This document shows positions 63,310 through 64,000 of a stretch of 64,000 bases of DNA, piece by piece (within the stretch, counting starts at the first letter, position 1; each line of letters opens with the position of its first letter). The translations under genes and the position numbers were made by a program. The notes beneath the pieces were generated by a model, which saw only the letters and a list, made by a program, of their open reading frames with translations, searched no databases and was not told the DNA's origin. Source of the stretch: Camelus ferus (Eukaryota); contig NC_045696.1 in NCBI RefSeq assembly GCF_009834535.1, forward strand, positions 67,458,001 to 67,522,000, read 5' to 3'.

Positions 63310-63670
63310 GCCTTAGGAAAGAATATGGGTTTAGGAGTTTCAAAATGTGGCTTTCAATCTCCCCCATTATTCAGAAGCAAATATGTCACAAAGTCTTTTA
63401 TTCTCCTAGAATCTCTCTTCTTTTATCTATGAAATGTAGATCACAATACATCCAACATTCTACTACATTCTGTTATTTAATACATTCTAGATTTATGTAG
63501 AACAGAAAATATATCTATATTAACATTCTATTATTCAGTAGTAGAATACTAAAGTAAAAGAGAACATGTATTTTAATACTAGAATATCACTAGGTAATAT
63601 TAGCAATAGTAGAATGATAAATTAATAATAAAGTACTTTGTAAGCCATAAAGTGTTAAGTAAATGTTGAC
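63310..63670 (+). mobile_element. MIR interrupted by an AT-rich palindromic insert
   Basis: MIR-like 5' part (tttaggagtttcaaaatgtggctttcaatct...ttttatctatgaaatg) and 3' part (aaagtactttgtaagccataaagtgttaagtaaatgtt). Confidence 0.55.
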
Positions 63671-64000
63671 CGTCATTTGAGATAGTTACTCGTCAGAAGC
63701 TACCCGACCAAACAAGACTCAGACTAGGAACCACTAGAGAGAGTGGCTTTTAATACTATGAACTTGCATAGGTTGGTCTCTGGTCCAAAGCTGTTTCACA
63801 CTTTCCCATACGAGACAGACAGGGAGACCAGGCTTCCTGGGTTCCTGACTTTCCCAAAGCCATAAAGCCAAAAGGACACGGTGCGAGGATTCAGACCCAG
63901 ATCTTATAAACCCAAGCAAGACTCATTTCACAGCCGCTCTGCCTCCGTTTCTTCATATCCCTTCACATTTCCTAACTTGCTCTTGTCAAGTTTTTAATTT

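Larger units (their letters stand above)
41564..64000 (-). other. LPP: Large LPP intron upstream of the LIM2 exon, running off the window
   Basis: No LIM1 exon is recognisable in any frame here, and the content is repeat-rich non-coding DNA ending at the AG acceptor at 41564-41565. Confidence 0.85.

Noticed and set aside
1..64000. A novel prokaryote-style system (CRISPR array, operon, defence island)
   Set aside because: The sequence is mammalian, with spliced exons and SINE/LINE content. There is no repeat-spacer array and no dense long ORFs, and the 83-bp duplication has two adjacent copies with no spacer.
41564..64000. miR-28 hairpin (known LPP intronic miRNA) or the LIM1 exon
   Set aside because: I did not find the miR-28-5p sequence AAGGAGCTCACAGTCTATTGAG or a LIM1-encoding exon. 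Both are expected further upstream, outside the window.

Overview
This is mammalian genomic DNA, not prokaryotic. It is probably camelid, judging from Vic-1-like tRNA-derived SINEs and cetartiodactyl-type L1 3' ends. The window holds the 3' end of LPP (LIM domain containing preferred translocation partner in lipoma) on the minus strand. Three coding exons (41385-41563, 35763-35883, 31870-31998) splice in frame with GT-AG sites and encode LIM2, LIM3 and the C-terminal STDL PDZ-binding motif. A very long 3' UTR of about 15 kb follows, with a likely distal poly(A) signal at 16938-16943. Positions 41564-64000 are a large upstream intron and 1-16.9 kb is downstream flank. The rest is interspersed repeats (SINE, L1, L2, MIR, CR1/L3, hAT, MaLR) and microsatellites. 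I see no convincing new gene system. The best leads are a possible UG-repeat/TDP-43-silenced cryptic exon in the last intron, a 45-bp inverted templated copy whose mismatches are mostly G-U compatible on the LPP strand, a twin-primed L1 insertion with TSDs, an 83-bp tandem duplication, and alternative poly(A) and miRNA-seed clusters in the 3' UTR. Repeat family names come from recognition by eye and repeat boundaries are approximate.
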